From Macrostomum lignano (lineage: Eukaryota): a stretch of 64,000 bases of DNA. Location of the stretch: NCBI GenBank assembly GCA_002269645.1, contig NIVC01000591.1, forward strand, positions 682,001 to 746,000, read 5' to 3'. A model generated the notes under the pieces. It ran no database searches, was not told where the DNA came from, and saw only the letters and a program-made list of their open reading frames with translations. Position 1 is the stretch's first letter. Each line of letters starts with the position of its first letter. Below are positions 24,895 to 36,600 of the stretch, piece by piece. Position numbers and translations under genes: made by a program.

Positions 24895-27323
24895 ACACAA
24901 TTGAACTGACACTACTGAGCTGACACAATTGAACTGACACAATTGAACTGACACTGTTTAATTGACACAATTGAAATGACACTATCGAACTGATACTACT
25001 ATCAACTAACACTATTGAACTGACACTATTGAACTGACACTATTGAACTGACACTATTGAACTGACACTATTGAACTGACACTATTGAACTGACACTATT
25101 TAATTGACACTATTGAACTGATACTATTGAACTGACACTATTGAACTGACACTATTGAACTGACACTATTGAACTGACACTATTGAACTGACACTATTGA
25201 ACTGACACTATTGAACTGACACTATTGAACTGACACTATTTAATTGACACTATTGAACTGATACTATTGAACTGACACTATTGAACTGACACTATTGAAC
25301 TGATACTACTATCAACTGACACTATTGAACTGACACTATTGAACTGACACTATTGAACTGACACTATTGAACTGACACTATTGAACTGACACTATTTAAT
25401 TGACACTATTGAACTGACACTATTGAACTGACACTATTGAACTGACACTATTGAACTGATACTACTATCAACTGACACTATTGAACTGACACTATTGAAC
25501 TGATACTATCGAACTGACACTATTTAATTGACACTATTGAACTGATACTATTGAACTGACACTATTGAACTGACACTATTGAACTGATACTATTTAATTG
25601 ACACTATCGAACTGACACTATTTAATTGACACTATTGAACTGACACTATTGAACTGACACTATTGAACTGACACTATTGAACTGACACTATTGAACTGAC
25701 ACTATTGAACTGACACTATTGAACTGACACTATTGAACTGACACTATTGAACTGATACTATCGAACTGACACTATTTAATTGACACTATTGAACTGATAC
25801 TATCGAACTGACACTATTGAACTGATACTATCGAACTGACACTATTTAATTGACACTATTGAACTGACACTATTGAACTGACACTATTGAACTGATACTA
25901 TTTAATTGACACTATCGAACTGACACTATTTAATTGACACTATTGAACTGACACTATTGAACTGACACTATTGAACTGACACTATTGAACTGATACTATC
26001 GAACTGACACTATTTAATTGACACTATTGAACTGACACTATTGAACTGACACTATTGAACTGACACTATTGAACTGATACTATTGAACTGACACTATTGA
26101 ACTGACACTATTGAACTGACACTATTGAACTGACACTATTGAACTGATACTATTGAACTGACACTATTGAACTGATACTATCGAACTGACACTATTTAAT
26201 TGACACTATTGAACTGACACTATTGAACTGACACTACTATCAACTGACACTATTGAACTGACACTATTGAACTGACACTACTATCAACTGACACTATTGA
26301 ACTGACACTATTGAACTGACACTATTGAACTGATACTATTGAACTGACACTATTGAACTGACACTATTGAACTGACACTATTGAGCTGACACTATTGAAC
26401 TGACACTACTATCAACTGACACTATTGAACTGACACTATTGAACTGACACTACTATCAACTGACACTATTGAACTGACACTATTGAACTGACACTATTGA
26501 ACTGATACTATTGAACTGACACTATTGAACTGACACTATTGAACTGACACTATTGAGCTGACACTATTGAACTGACACTACTATCAACTGACACTATTGA
26601 ACTGACACTATTGAACTGACACTATTGAACTGACACTATTGAACTGACACTATTGAACTGATACTATCGAACTGACACTATTGAACTGACACTATTGAAC
26701 TGACACTATTGAACTGACACTATTGAACTGACACTATTGAACTGATACTATCGAACTGACACTATTTAATTGACACTATCGAACTGACACTATTGAACTG
26801 ACACTATTGAACTGACACTACTATCAACTGACACTATTGAACTGACACTATTGAACTGACACTACTATCAACTGACACTATTGAACTGACACTATTGAAC
26901 TGACACTACTATCAACTGACACTATTGAACTGACACTATTGAACTGACACTACTATCAACTGACACTATTGAACTGACACTATTGAACTGACACTATTGA
27001 ACTGACACTACTATCAACTGACACTATTGAACTGACACTATTGAACTGACACTACTATCAACTGACACTATTGAACTGACACTATTGAACTGACACTATT
27101 GAACTGACACTATTGAACTGACACTACTATCAACTGACACTATTGAACTGACACTATTGAACTGACACTACTATCAACTGACACTATTGAACTGACACTA
27201 TTGAACTGACACTATTGAACTGACACTATTCGACTGAAACTATTTGACTGTCACTATTTGACTGAAACTATTGAACTGACACAATTGAACTCGCACTTAT
27301 TGAACTGACACTATTGAACTGAC
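24895..27323. repeat. 14-bp minisatellite (ACTATTGAACTGAC), left part of an array interrupted by a Gypsy element
   Basis: Direct reading; the array resumes at 31628-31858. Confidence 0.95.
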
Positions 27324-27571
27324 TGTGGCGGTCACGCCACACGCGCGTACGCGCTCCAGCAGCCACCCCAACCCCGGCCGGGGAGGCCGGCGCTAGGTGC
27401 ACGGTCGCTGTGCGTTGATTGGCTGCCCAGTGTACACCGCTGGCCTATATAACTTTAGACTTTTGTCTCGCGCGCCTCCACCCTGCTACTTCCAAATAAA
27501 CTTTACGTGGCTCAACTCGCCACATTGGTGAGCCCGACTCTCAACCGCCTGTTTGAGAATAACTCCTCAGT

Positions 27572-28264
27572 ATGTCAACTGAGTCTGCGGTAGCCCTCAA
27601 GCTGCCCACGTTCTGGGCCAGCCAGCCTCGCGCCTGGTTCATCCAGGCAGAGGCGCAATTCGTCCTCCGCAACATCACGCAAGACGCTACCAAGTACTTT
27701 CACCTCGTAGCCGCGCTGGACCAGCAGTCAGCCGAGCGCCTGCTGGACGTGCTTGAGACACCGCCGGCTGAGAACAAGTACGATGCTCTCAAGGCCCGCC
27801 TCCTCGGCACATTCGGCCTGACGCAGCAACAGCGTGCCAGCCGGCTGCTCAACCTGGCCGGCCTCGGTGACCGCCGCCCGTCCGAGCTCATGGACGAGAT
27901 GCTGGCCCTGCTCGGCAACCACCGGCCCTGCATGCTCTTCGAGGAGCTTTTCCGCCAGCAGATGCCGGCCGACATTCGCATGGCACTCGTCTCCGCGGAT
28001 TTCGCTGACCCGCGCGCAGTTGCGCGACTCGCGGATGAACTCTGGGCGAGCCGGGCACAGCCCGTGGCCACCGCCACCCTGCCGCCAGAGCACCCGCCGG
28101 TAGTTGCTGCCACCGCCCGCCCAGCTCGCGCCAAGCCGCAGCAGCACCAGCCGAGGGAGGCCGACGGCCTCATCTGTTTCTTCCACCGGAAGTTCGGCGC
28201 CAAGGCCCGGCGTTGCGAGCCGCCCTGCCAGTTCTCGGGAAACGGGCCGGCCGGCCGTCAGTGA
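27572..28264 (+). CDS. gag: Gag of Gypsy element 1
   Basis: [23 protein letters not shown]-terminus and [18 protein letters not shown] knuckle. Confidence 0.9.
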   Translation: MSTESAVALKLPTFWASQPRAWFIQAEAQFVLRNITQDATKYFHLVAALDQQSAERLLDVLETPPAENKYDALKARLLGTFGLTQQQRASRLLNLAGLGDRRPSELMDEMLALLGNHRPCMLFEELFRQQMPADIRMALVSADFADPRAVARLADELWASRAQPVATATLPPEHPPVVAATARPARAKPQQHQPREADGLICFFHRKFGAKARRCEPPCQFSGNGPAGRQ

Positions 28265-31200
28265 ACGCTTCGACGGCCGGCAGCAACAACCTCCTGCTCA
28301 TCCCCGACGTAGCCACGGGCCGGCGCTTCTTGGTCGACACCGGCGCTGAGGTGAGCATTTTTCCTGTCTCGGGGGCAGACGCCCGCTCGCACACACCCGG
28401 CCCGCCGCTTTTCGCGGCCAACGGCAGCCCGATCCGCACGTTCGGCAGCCGGACACTGACGCTCGACCTCGGCGTCAAGGCCTGCACCTGGCCGTTCATC
28501 CTGGCCGAGGTGTCACGGCCGTTGATCGGCGCGGACTTCCTGCGGCACCACGGCCTACTGGTGGACATGCCGAACCGCCGTCTGCTCGACACTAGCTCGC
28601 TGTCCAGCGCCCACCTGCTGCTCGGGTCCGGCCCGGCACCTCAGCTCGCCGCCGCCATCGCTGGGGACCCGTACAGCCAGCTGCTCGCAGAATTCCCGTC
28701 GCTGACGGAGCCGAGTTTCCAGAAAGCCCGGCCGCTCCACGGGGTCCAACATCATGTTCCTACGACGGGCCCCCCTGTCCACGCCCGGGCGCGCCGCCTG
28801 CCGCCTGACAAGCTGGCGGTGGCCAAGGAGGAATTCCGCAACCTGGAGCAGCTGGGCATCGTGCGGCGGTCCTGCAGCCCCTGGTCGTCGCCGCTACACA
28901 TGGTGCCAAAGGCCTCCGGGGGTTGGCGGCCCTGCGGCGATTTCCGGCGGCTCAACGACGCCACGGTGCCCGACCGCTACCCGGTGCCGCACATTCACGA
29001 CTTTTCTGCGCGGCTGTCCGGGTGCAACATTTTCTCCAAGATCGACCTGGTGCGGGGCTACCACCAGATCCCGGTTGCCGAGGCCGACATCGCCAAGACG
29101 GCCGTCATCACGCCATTCGGCCTGTTCGAGTTTCTCCGGATGCCATTTGGACTCAAAAACGCCGCCCAGGCCTTCCAACGGCTGATTGACACGGTCTGCC
29201 AGGGTTTGGACTTCGTGTTCGCCTATATCGACGACTTCCTAGTGGCGAGCAGCGGCCCTCAGCAGCATCTGGAGCACCTGCGCACGCTGGTCCAGCGCCT
29301 GGCAAACAACGGCCTCCTCATCAATCCAGCCAAGTGCCAGTTTGGCCGCAGCGAAATCGACTTTCTAGGCCACCGCATCAACAGCCGGGGCGCTGTGCCG
29401 CTGCCAGACAAGGTGGAAGCCTCGCCCGATTCGCTCCGCCCGCGACCGTCAAGGGCCTGCAAGAGTTCGCCGGCATGGTGAACTTCTATCACCGGTTCGT
29501 GCCGCGGGCTGCCCAGTTGCTGCGCCCCATCTATGGCGCCCTGGCCAGCAAGGACAAGATCGTTCAGTGGACACCGGAGCTGACGGACGCCTTCAACAGC
29601 ACGAAGCAGGCCCTGGCTGACGCTGCCATGCTTGCGCACCCGGAGCCCGACGCCCCAACGGCGCTGACGGTCGACGCCTCGGACACCGCCATCGGGGCGG
29701 TTCTGGAGCAGCGTGTCGGCGAGACCTGGCGGCCACTCGCTTTCTTCAGCCGCCAACTGCGGCCGGCTGAACAAAAGTACAGCGCTTTCGACCGGGAGTT
29801 ACTCGCTCTCTATCTGGCCACACGACATTTCCGCTACTTTTTGGAAGGCCGCATCTTCACCGCCTACACCGACCACAAACCCCTGGTCGCGGCCATGGCC
29901 AAGTTGTCGGATCCCTGGTCAGCGCGCCAGCAGCGGCACCTCGCATACGTGTCGGAGTTCACCACCGACATCCGGCACGTGGCGGGCAAGGACAATCCGG
30001 TGGCCGACGCCCTCTCCCGCTGCACCGTCGCCTCTGTGCAGCCGCTGCTCCCCGGCATCGACTACGCGGCCCTGGCGCGCGCGCAGCGAGCGGACGATCC
30101 CGCGCTCGCCGGCACCGGCCTGCGGCTCGAGCGCGTGACGTTGCGTCCCGGCCTGGAGGTCATCTGCGACACCGTGACCGGCCGCCCGCGCCCGCTGGTG
30201 CCCACCGACTTCCGCCGCGCCGTTTTCGACGCGGTCCACGGACTGGCGCACCCGTCCGTACGCAGTACGCGGCGCCTAGTGTCCGAGAAGTTCGTGTGGC
30301 CGGGAATCAACAGGGACGTCGGCCAATGGGCTCGCAGCTGCATCGCCTGCCAGACGGCCAAGGTGCAGCGCCACGTGACCGCCCCGCCCGCCAGCATTCC
30401 GGTGCCCAGCAGCCGTTTCGCGCACGTCCACGTCGACCTTGTCGGACCGCTGCCGCAGTCCCGCGGTTTCACGCACCTGCTGACCGTCGTCGACAGGTTC
30501 ACCCGCTGGCCGGAGGCTTTCCCCTTGGCCGACACTTCCGCTGCCTCCTGCGCGTCCGCTTTCATCGCCGGTTGGATCGCCCGCTTCGGCGTGCCCAGTG
30601 ACGTCACGTCCGACCGCGGCTCCCAGTTCACCTCCGGGCTATGGGCCAACGTGTCGCGGCTGCTGGGCATGCAGCTGCACCACACCACCGCTTTTCACCC
30701 ACAGGCTAACGGCCTGGTGGAACGCTTCCACCGCCAGCTCAAGGCATCCCTGATGGCGCGCCTGACCGGACCGACTTGGACCGACGAGCTGCCCTGGGCG
30801 TTGCTGGGCATCCGCACGGCTCCCAAGGAGGACATCGGCGCCTCCTCGGCCGAGCTGGTCTACGGCGCCCCGCTGACGGTACCGGGAGAATGCCTGCAGG
30901 CCGCGCCACCCGAGGCCTCTTACGACCAGTTCCTGGCCCGGCTACGCAGCGCTGTGCAGTCGTTCCGGCCGCCTCCAACCTCGCGTCATGGCCGCGTCGC
31001 TGCCTCCGTGCCTGCTGCCCTGAGTCCTGCACGCACGTCTTCATCCGCCGCGACGGCCACCGGCCATCTCTGCAGCGGCCGTACTTCGGGCCCTTCAAGG
31101 TCCTTGGGCGCGGAGACAAGACCTTCCGCCTCGACCTGGGCACGCGGCAGGATCACGTGGCAGTGGACAGACTCAAGCCTGCGGCGCTCGATCCCGGCGA

Positions 31201-31555
31201 GGCGATTCCGGCTCCGGCTCTGCGGCCACGAGGCCGCCCCCGCCTGGACGGCCGGCCACAACTGCCACGTGGTGGAGACCCTCCGGTCGCAGCTGCGCAC
31301 CCGCAAGCGCCACCGGGGCTCCCACCAACGCGCCTCCCACCGGTGCAAGCGACCCGGCCTCCAGCTTCCGCCTCGCCGGTGCCGCCCGACGCGGTTTCGG
31401 TCCTAGGCCAGCGCTGGGGGGAGCCATGTGGCGGTCACGCCACACGCGCGTACGCGCTCCAGCAGCCACCCCAACCCCGGCCGGGGAGGCCGGCGCTAGG
31501 TGCACGGTCGCTGTGCGTTGATTGGCTGCCCAGTGTACACCGCTGGCCTATATAA
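28213..31555 (+). pseudogene. pol: Pol (protease-RT-RNaseH-integrase) of Gypsy element 1, with two apparent 1-bp deletions
   Basis: LVDTGA protease, YIDD RT, TVDASD RNaseH, HPS...C..C and D,D35E integrase, GPF tail. Frame shifts at ~29421 (GCC[A]TC GCC) and ~31023. Pol is in the -1 frame relative to gag. Confidence 0.9.
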
Positions 31556-31627
31556 CTTTAGACTTTTGTCTCGCGCGCCTCCACCCTGCTACTTCCAAAT
31601 AAACTTTACGTGGCTCAACTCGCCACA

Positions 31628-31858
31628 TGACACTATTGAACTGACACTATTCGACTGAAACTATTTGACTGACACTATTTGACTGAAACTATTTGACTGT
31701 CACTATTTGACTGAAACTATTTGACTGTCACTATTTGACTGAAACTATTGAACTGACACAATTGAACTCGCACTTATTGGACTGACACTATTGAACTGAA
31801 ACTATTTGACTGACACTATTGAACTGAAACTATTTGACTGACACTATTGAACTGACAC
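31628..31858. repeat. Right part of the 14-bp minisatellite array
   Basis: Same unit as 24895-27323. Confidence 0.9.
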
Positions 31859-32649
31859 TGTGCAGATGTCCCAAATGTCTACAGTGAATTTAACAATGCA
31901 CCAGTGCATGGATACTTTCGCTCGCCTTCACTCTGATGTGCCTCAGTCAGTGCTGCATGAATTTCAATTTGCATTGTTGCCTTAAATAACTAATAATGAC
32001 GAACAGAAAAGGCAAACAAACGAATAAAAGCAGACTATTTTTAGATTTCCAGTTCATTCCAGTCGAAAACTGCTTTAGGCTGATTTCTATGCAGAAGTCG
32101 GTGTCGCAGACTGCTTTAATTCTGAACAAAGCAAGGCAGGTGCAAAAATTCCCAAAATTCACCAAATAATTAGACAGGGGTTCGCGGGCATGACTTCTCT
32201 ATCGATCCTAACACGATGAAGTCCCCTGGAAACAGTGGAAATAATCGATTCACCTTTTCCTTGAAAAAAAATGGATAAAAACCTCACTTGCCGTGTAGAG
32301 GCCACGTCTGATTGACAGATTACAAACTATAGAATTACCAGTAAATATTTATGTACGCGTAGCAGATCACGCTGTTTGTCTAAACTACATTTAGAAAGTG
32401 TATTTTATACATGTCGATGAGAGTTGCTAAAGGGCATCAAAAAAGCAAACAGAAGAGCATGCGGGAAGTGAATTGGCGGACAAATCAAGAAGCAATTCAG
32501 ACAGACAATTAACTTGGTTTTAAATTGAAGGAAAGACTGTTATTAAAATATATAATTCCTACAGCTGGAGTTGACGCAGGTCGCATGACGATCATCAAGG
32601 ACGCGGAATTATCAGGCGAAAGAACAAGTCAGCTTGATAACCCGACCGT

Positions 32650-33066
32650 TAACCCCTCAATGTACACTTTGACAACCCCGACCACTCTCGTCCCCGCCAA
32701 CCCCTCAATGTACACTTTGACAACCCCGACCACTCTCGTCCCCGCCAACCCCTCAATGTACACTTTGACAACCCCGACCACTCTCGTTCCTGCCAACCCC
32801 TCAATGTACACTTTGACAACCCCGACCACTCTCGTTCCTGCCAACCCCTCAATGTACACTTTGACAACCCCGACCACTCTCGTCCCCGCCAACCCCTCAA
32901 TGTACACTTTGACAACCCCGACCACTCTCGTTCCCGCCAACCCCTCAATGTACACTTTAACAACCCCAACCACCCTCGTCCCCGCCAACCCCTCAATGTA
33001 CACTTTGACAACCCCGACCACTCTCGTCCCCGCCAACCCCTCAATGTACACTTTGACAACCCCGAC
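32650..33066. repeat. 48-bp minisatellite, ~8.5 copies (reads NPSMYTLTTPTTLVPA on +)
   Basis: Tandem copies of AACCCCTCAATGTACACTTTGACAACCCCGACCACTCTCGTCCCCGCC. Confidence 0.9.
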
Positions 33067-33660
33067 GTAATATACAAAACTGAAAAAAAATGCATAAATA
33101 TTTGAATTAAACAGCAAAACAAAAAGCGCTACAAGTTTAAATAGCAACTTGGGTTGCCACGCAAAAAACAGGCTCAAACGCTTTGCTAATTCAAACAAAC
33201 TATGAAAAACAGTAAAATGCAAAGCAGGATAAGCGTATATGATTATAATTAGACAATATAGGCCATAACAGGAATGCTAAACTGCTTTTAGCAAGTATGC
33301 AAGTACCGACAAGCGATATACAGTCAGAATTCCCTGTGACTGCAACTTGATGCTCAAGAATGAATCACAGGATATTCTTCGCTCTATCTAAACAGTTTTA
33401 AACAGAAAATAACAGAGAAAACATTTGATTAATAAATTCCAAATTAAATAGTACTACTTATACTAGTAGCACAAGTTAACATTAGGCGGCATTTCTGTTC
33501 TTTTAGGAAGCAAAATCATTGGCAAAATTAGGAATTTACTATTAAGCACGACTCATATACAAAAGGATAGCCGACAAGTTTCGTTTCTTAGAATAGTTTT
33601 TTGAAGGCCGGTCGTTAGCGCAAAAAATACACTGCATAGATGAAAGTCTTACTTGAGCAG

Positions 33661-36600
33661 TTACATCACGGGAAAATATTCCAAATCTCCACAACCGTCT
33701 TCGGCACCATCAAAGTGCGCATCCCCGTCGAAGTCTTCGCATCCGTCTTCGTCGGTGAGCTCCTCCTCAACCGCGGCACTGTTGGCATCGAGCCAGCGCC
33801 GATCGCTACTACCAATATCGTAACAATCTGATTCGGCATCATCCAAATCTTCAGCTGCCGCGTCGTCTGATTCAAAATCGAAGGCTGGGCCGGCATCGTC
33901 CAGACAGGTCCCTGCTGAGGAGGGGCACAACTCGTCAAAGACAGCGTTGTCGTCCGATTCAAGAGCAGAGCCGACAGCCAGCAGTGATGGCTGGTGATGC
34001 GGCTGGCTAAGAGTCTGGGGCAGACTGGCCGGCCACAGCAGTTGCAGAGGTCGGTTCAAGTCAGTCAGCTGGATGTCGCCAAAGGGACCGGCTAAAACAG
34101 AGAGAATTAACGATTTAGGCTAAAAGTAAGTGCTTTACATGTAGTTCTTGTCATAATCATCGGATAATGGCACACATGGATTATCAGATAATGACACATG
34201 GATTAACGGATAATGGCACACATGGATTATCAGATAATGACACATGGATTAACGGATAATGGCACACATGGATTATCGGATAATGGCACACATGGATTAT
34301 CAGATAATGACACACATGGATTATCAGATATGACACACATGTATTATCAGATAATGACACACATGTATTATCAGATAATGACACACATGGATTATCAGAT
34401 AATGACACACATGGATTATCAGATATGACACACATGTATTATCAGATAATGTCACACATGTATTATCAAATAATGACACAGAGATTATCAGATGATGACA
34501 CATGGATTATCAGATAATGACACATGGATTAACAGATAATGACACAGAGATTATCAGATAATGACACACATGGATTATCAGATAATGACACATGGATTAT
34601 CAGATAATGACACATGGATTATCAGATAATGACACATGGATTAACAGATAATGACACACATGTATTATCAGATAATGACACATGGATTAACAGATAATGA
34701 CACACATGTATTATCAGATAATGACACATGGATTAACAGATAATGATACACATGGATTATCAGATATGACACATGGATTATCAGATAATGGCACCCGGAT
34801 GCTCACCAGCTTTCCCCGAGCAGCTCTGCGCCCCGTTGGCAGTCTGCAGCGGTTCGGTCTGCGGCGCCGGAGAAGCCACTGCGGGCCAGAGCAGCAGGCG
34901 GCGCTGAAGATCCAAAGACGCCAAGGAGGTGCCGCATGGTGACCAAGCGAGACAGGCCACGGTGTCCCGATGCCAACGAATGTCCCACAGCGGCTGCACC
35001 GTCCCGGCCGCCAGGTCGAACACTCGAACGTGTCGATCCTCCCCGGCCACGGCCAGGAGCCGGCCGTCGCTAGGCGAGACGGCAACGCAGTTGACGCAGC
35101 CGCGCCAATCCCGGTTGCACAGCAACCGAACGCACCTGCCGCTGTTCAAGTCCCACAGACGGACAGTGGAGTCCAGGCCGGCTGTGTACATCAGCGAGCC
35201 GCTGGGATGAAAGCCGACTAGATCAACGTCGGTCACGTGACCGATGAACTGCCGCAGAGGAGTCTGTCGATCGGTGCACCACAGGACCGCTGTGCGATCC
35301 TGCCCGCCCGTGGCAAACAGAGAGGCGTTGTACGGGTGCGTGTCGCAGCACCACACAGGACTGTCGTGACCTCTGCGGGTATGGTGGGTTTACGGGTTGA
35401 ATATTTTGGCTGGTGAATATTGTAGATTGTTAAGATTCTAGTTGGTGAATATTGTAGATTGTGAAGATTCTAGCTAGTGATTATTGTAGATTGTTAAAAT
35501 TCTAGTTGGTGAATATTGCAGATTGTGAAGATTCTAGCTAGTGATTATTGTAGATTGTTAAGATTCTAGTTGGTGAATATTGTAGATTGTGAAGATTCTA
35601 GCTAGTGAATATTGTAGATTGTTAAGATTCTAGTTGGTGAATATTGCAGATTGTTAAGATTCTAGTTGGTGAATATTGTAGATTGTTAAGATTCTAGTTG
35701 GTGAATATTGTAGATTGTGAAGATTCTAGCTAGTGAATATTGTAGATTGTTAAGATTCTAGTTGGTGAATATTGTAGATTGTGAAGATTCTAGCTAGTGA
35801 ATATTGTAGATTGTTAAGATTCTAGTTGGTGAATATTGTAGATTGTGAAGATTCTAGTTGGTGAATATTGCAGATTGTTAAGATTCTAGTTGGTGAATAT
35901 TGTAGATTGTTAAGATTCTAGTTGGTGAATATTGCAGATTGTTAAGATTCTAGTTGGTGAATATTGTAGATTGTTAAGATTCTAGTTGGTGAATATTGCA
36001 GATTGTTAAGATTCTAGTTGGTGAATATTGTAGATTGTTAAGATTCTAGTTGGTGAATATTGTGTAAGAGCCGAGAATTTAGAGTAAGTTTACGAAGTAT
36101 ATTTTGATGCAAGATAATTTACGAGCGATTAAATAGTCAGCGATGATAGATCGATTAAAGTGACTCACCCAACTGGGGAGGCGGGCATGTACAGAGAAGA
36201 AAGCGAGATGCAAGTACATATACTAATAGAGCAGCCCCCACCCCGACGGCCCAAACCAAACGCAACCGTTCATCACTCTCCCCCAAGAAAAATACATGGG
36301 ATAAAAAAACGGGATAAAACAAAAGCAAACAAAAAAAAGTTCATGCAACGCGAAAAAAGTCCCGATCAGAAAGAAAGCACGTCAACAGGTCGCCGTGTAA
36401 AAATCCGGCCGCCGGCGCTGCCTGCCCGACCGGCGCACCGTGTTGCCGGGTTCAGCCGCGTCCAGGTTGCGCAGCGGCTCCCAGGCGTCCGGGCCGGCCA
36501 GCTGACCCGCGGCGTCCTCGACGCTCTGACAGTCGTCCTCGGTGGCCGGCTTGGCTGGCGGCCTGCCGCTCAGATTCGGTCGGTCGATAAAGCGCTTCAA

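Larger units (their letters stand above)
27324..31627 (+). mobile_element. Ty3/Gypsy LTR retrotransposon of the CsRn1 clade, 4304 bp, young
   Basis: 201-bp LTRs at 27324-27524 and 31427-31627 (TGT...ACA), identical by eye. 4-bp TSD TGAC. PBS TGGTGAGCCCGAC (tRNA-Trp-like). PPT GGGGGGAG before the 3' LTR. Gag has the CHCC motif C-X2-H-X9-C-X3-C. Confidence 0.95.

Noticed and set aside
24895-27323. Regular repeat array as a possible CRISPR
   Set aside because: Head-to-tail 14-bp units with no unique spacers, in a eukaryotic context with no cas genes.
27700-31505. Numerous overlapping alternative-frame and antisense ORFs within Gypsy 1 (likewise Gypsy 2 and GC-rich exons)
   Set aside because: Expected shadow ORFs of GC-rich coding DNA; no recognisable motifs.
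31947-32165. Short hydrophobic minus-strand ORF (NSLLLFVCLPFLFVIISYL)
   Set aside because: Short, no supporting splice partner or homology; cannot be distinguished from chance.
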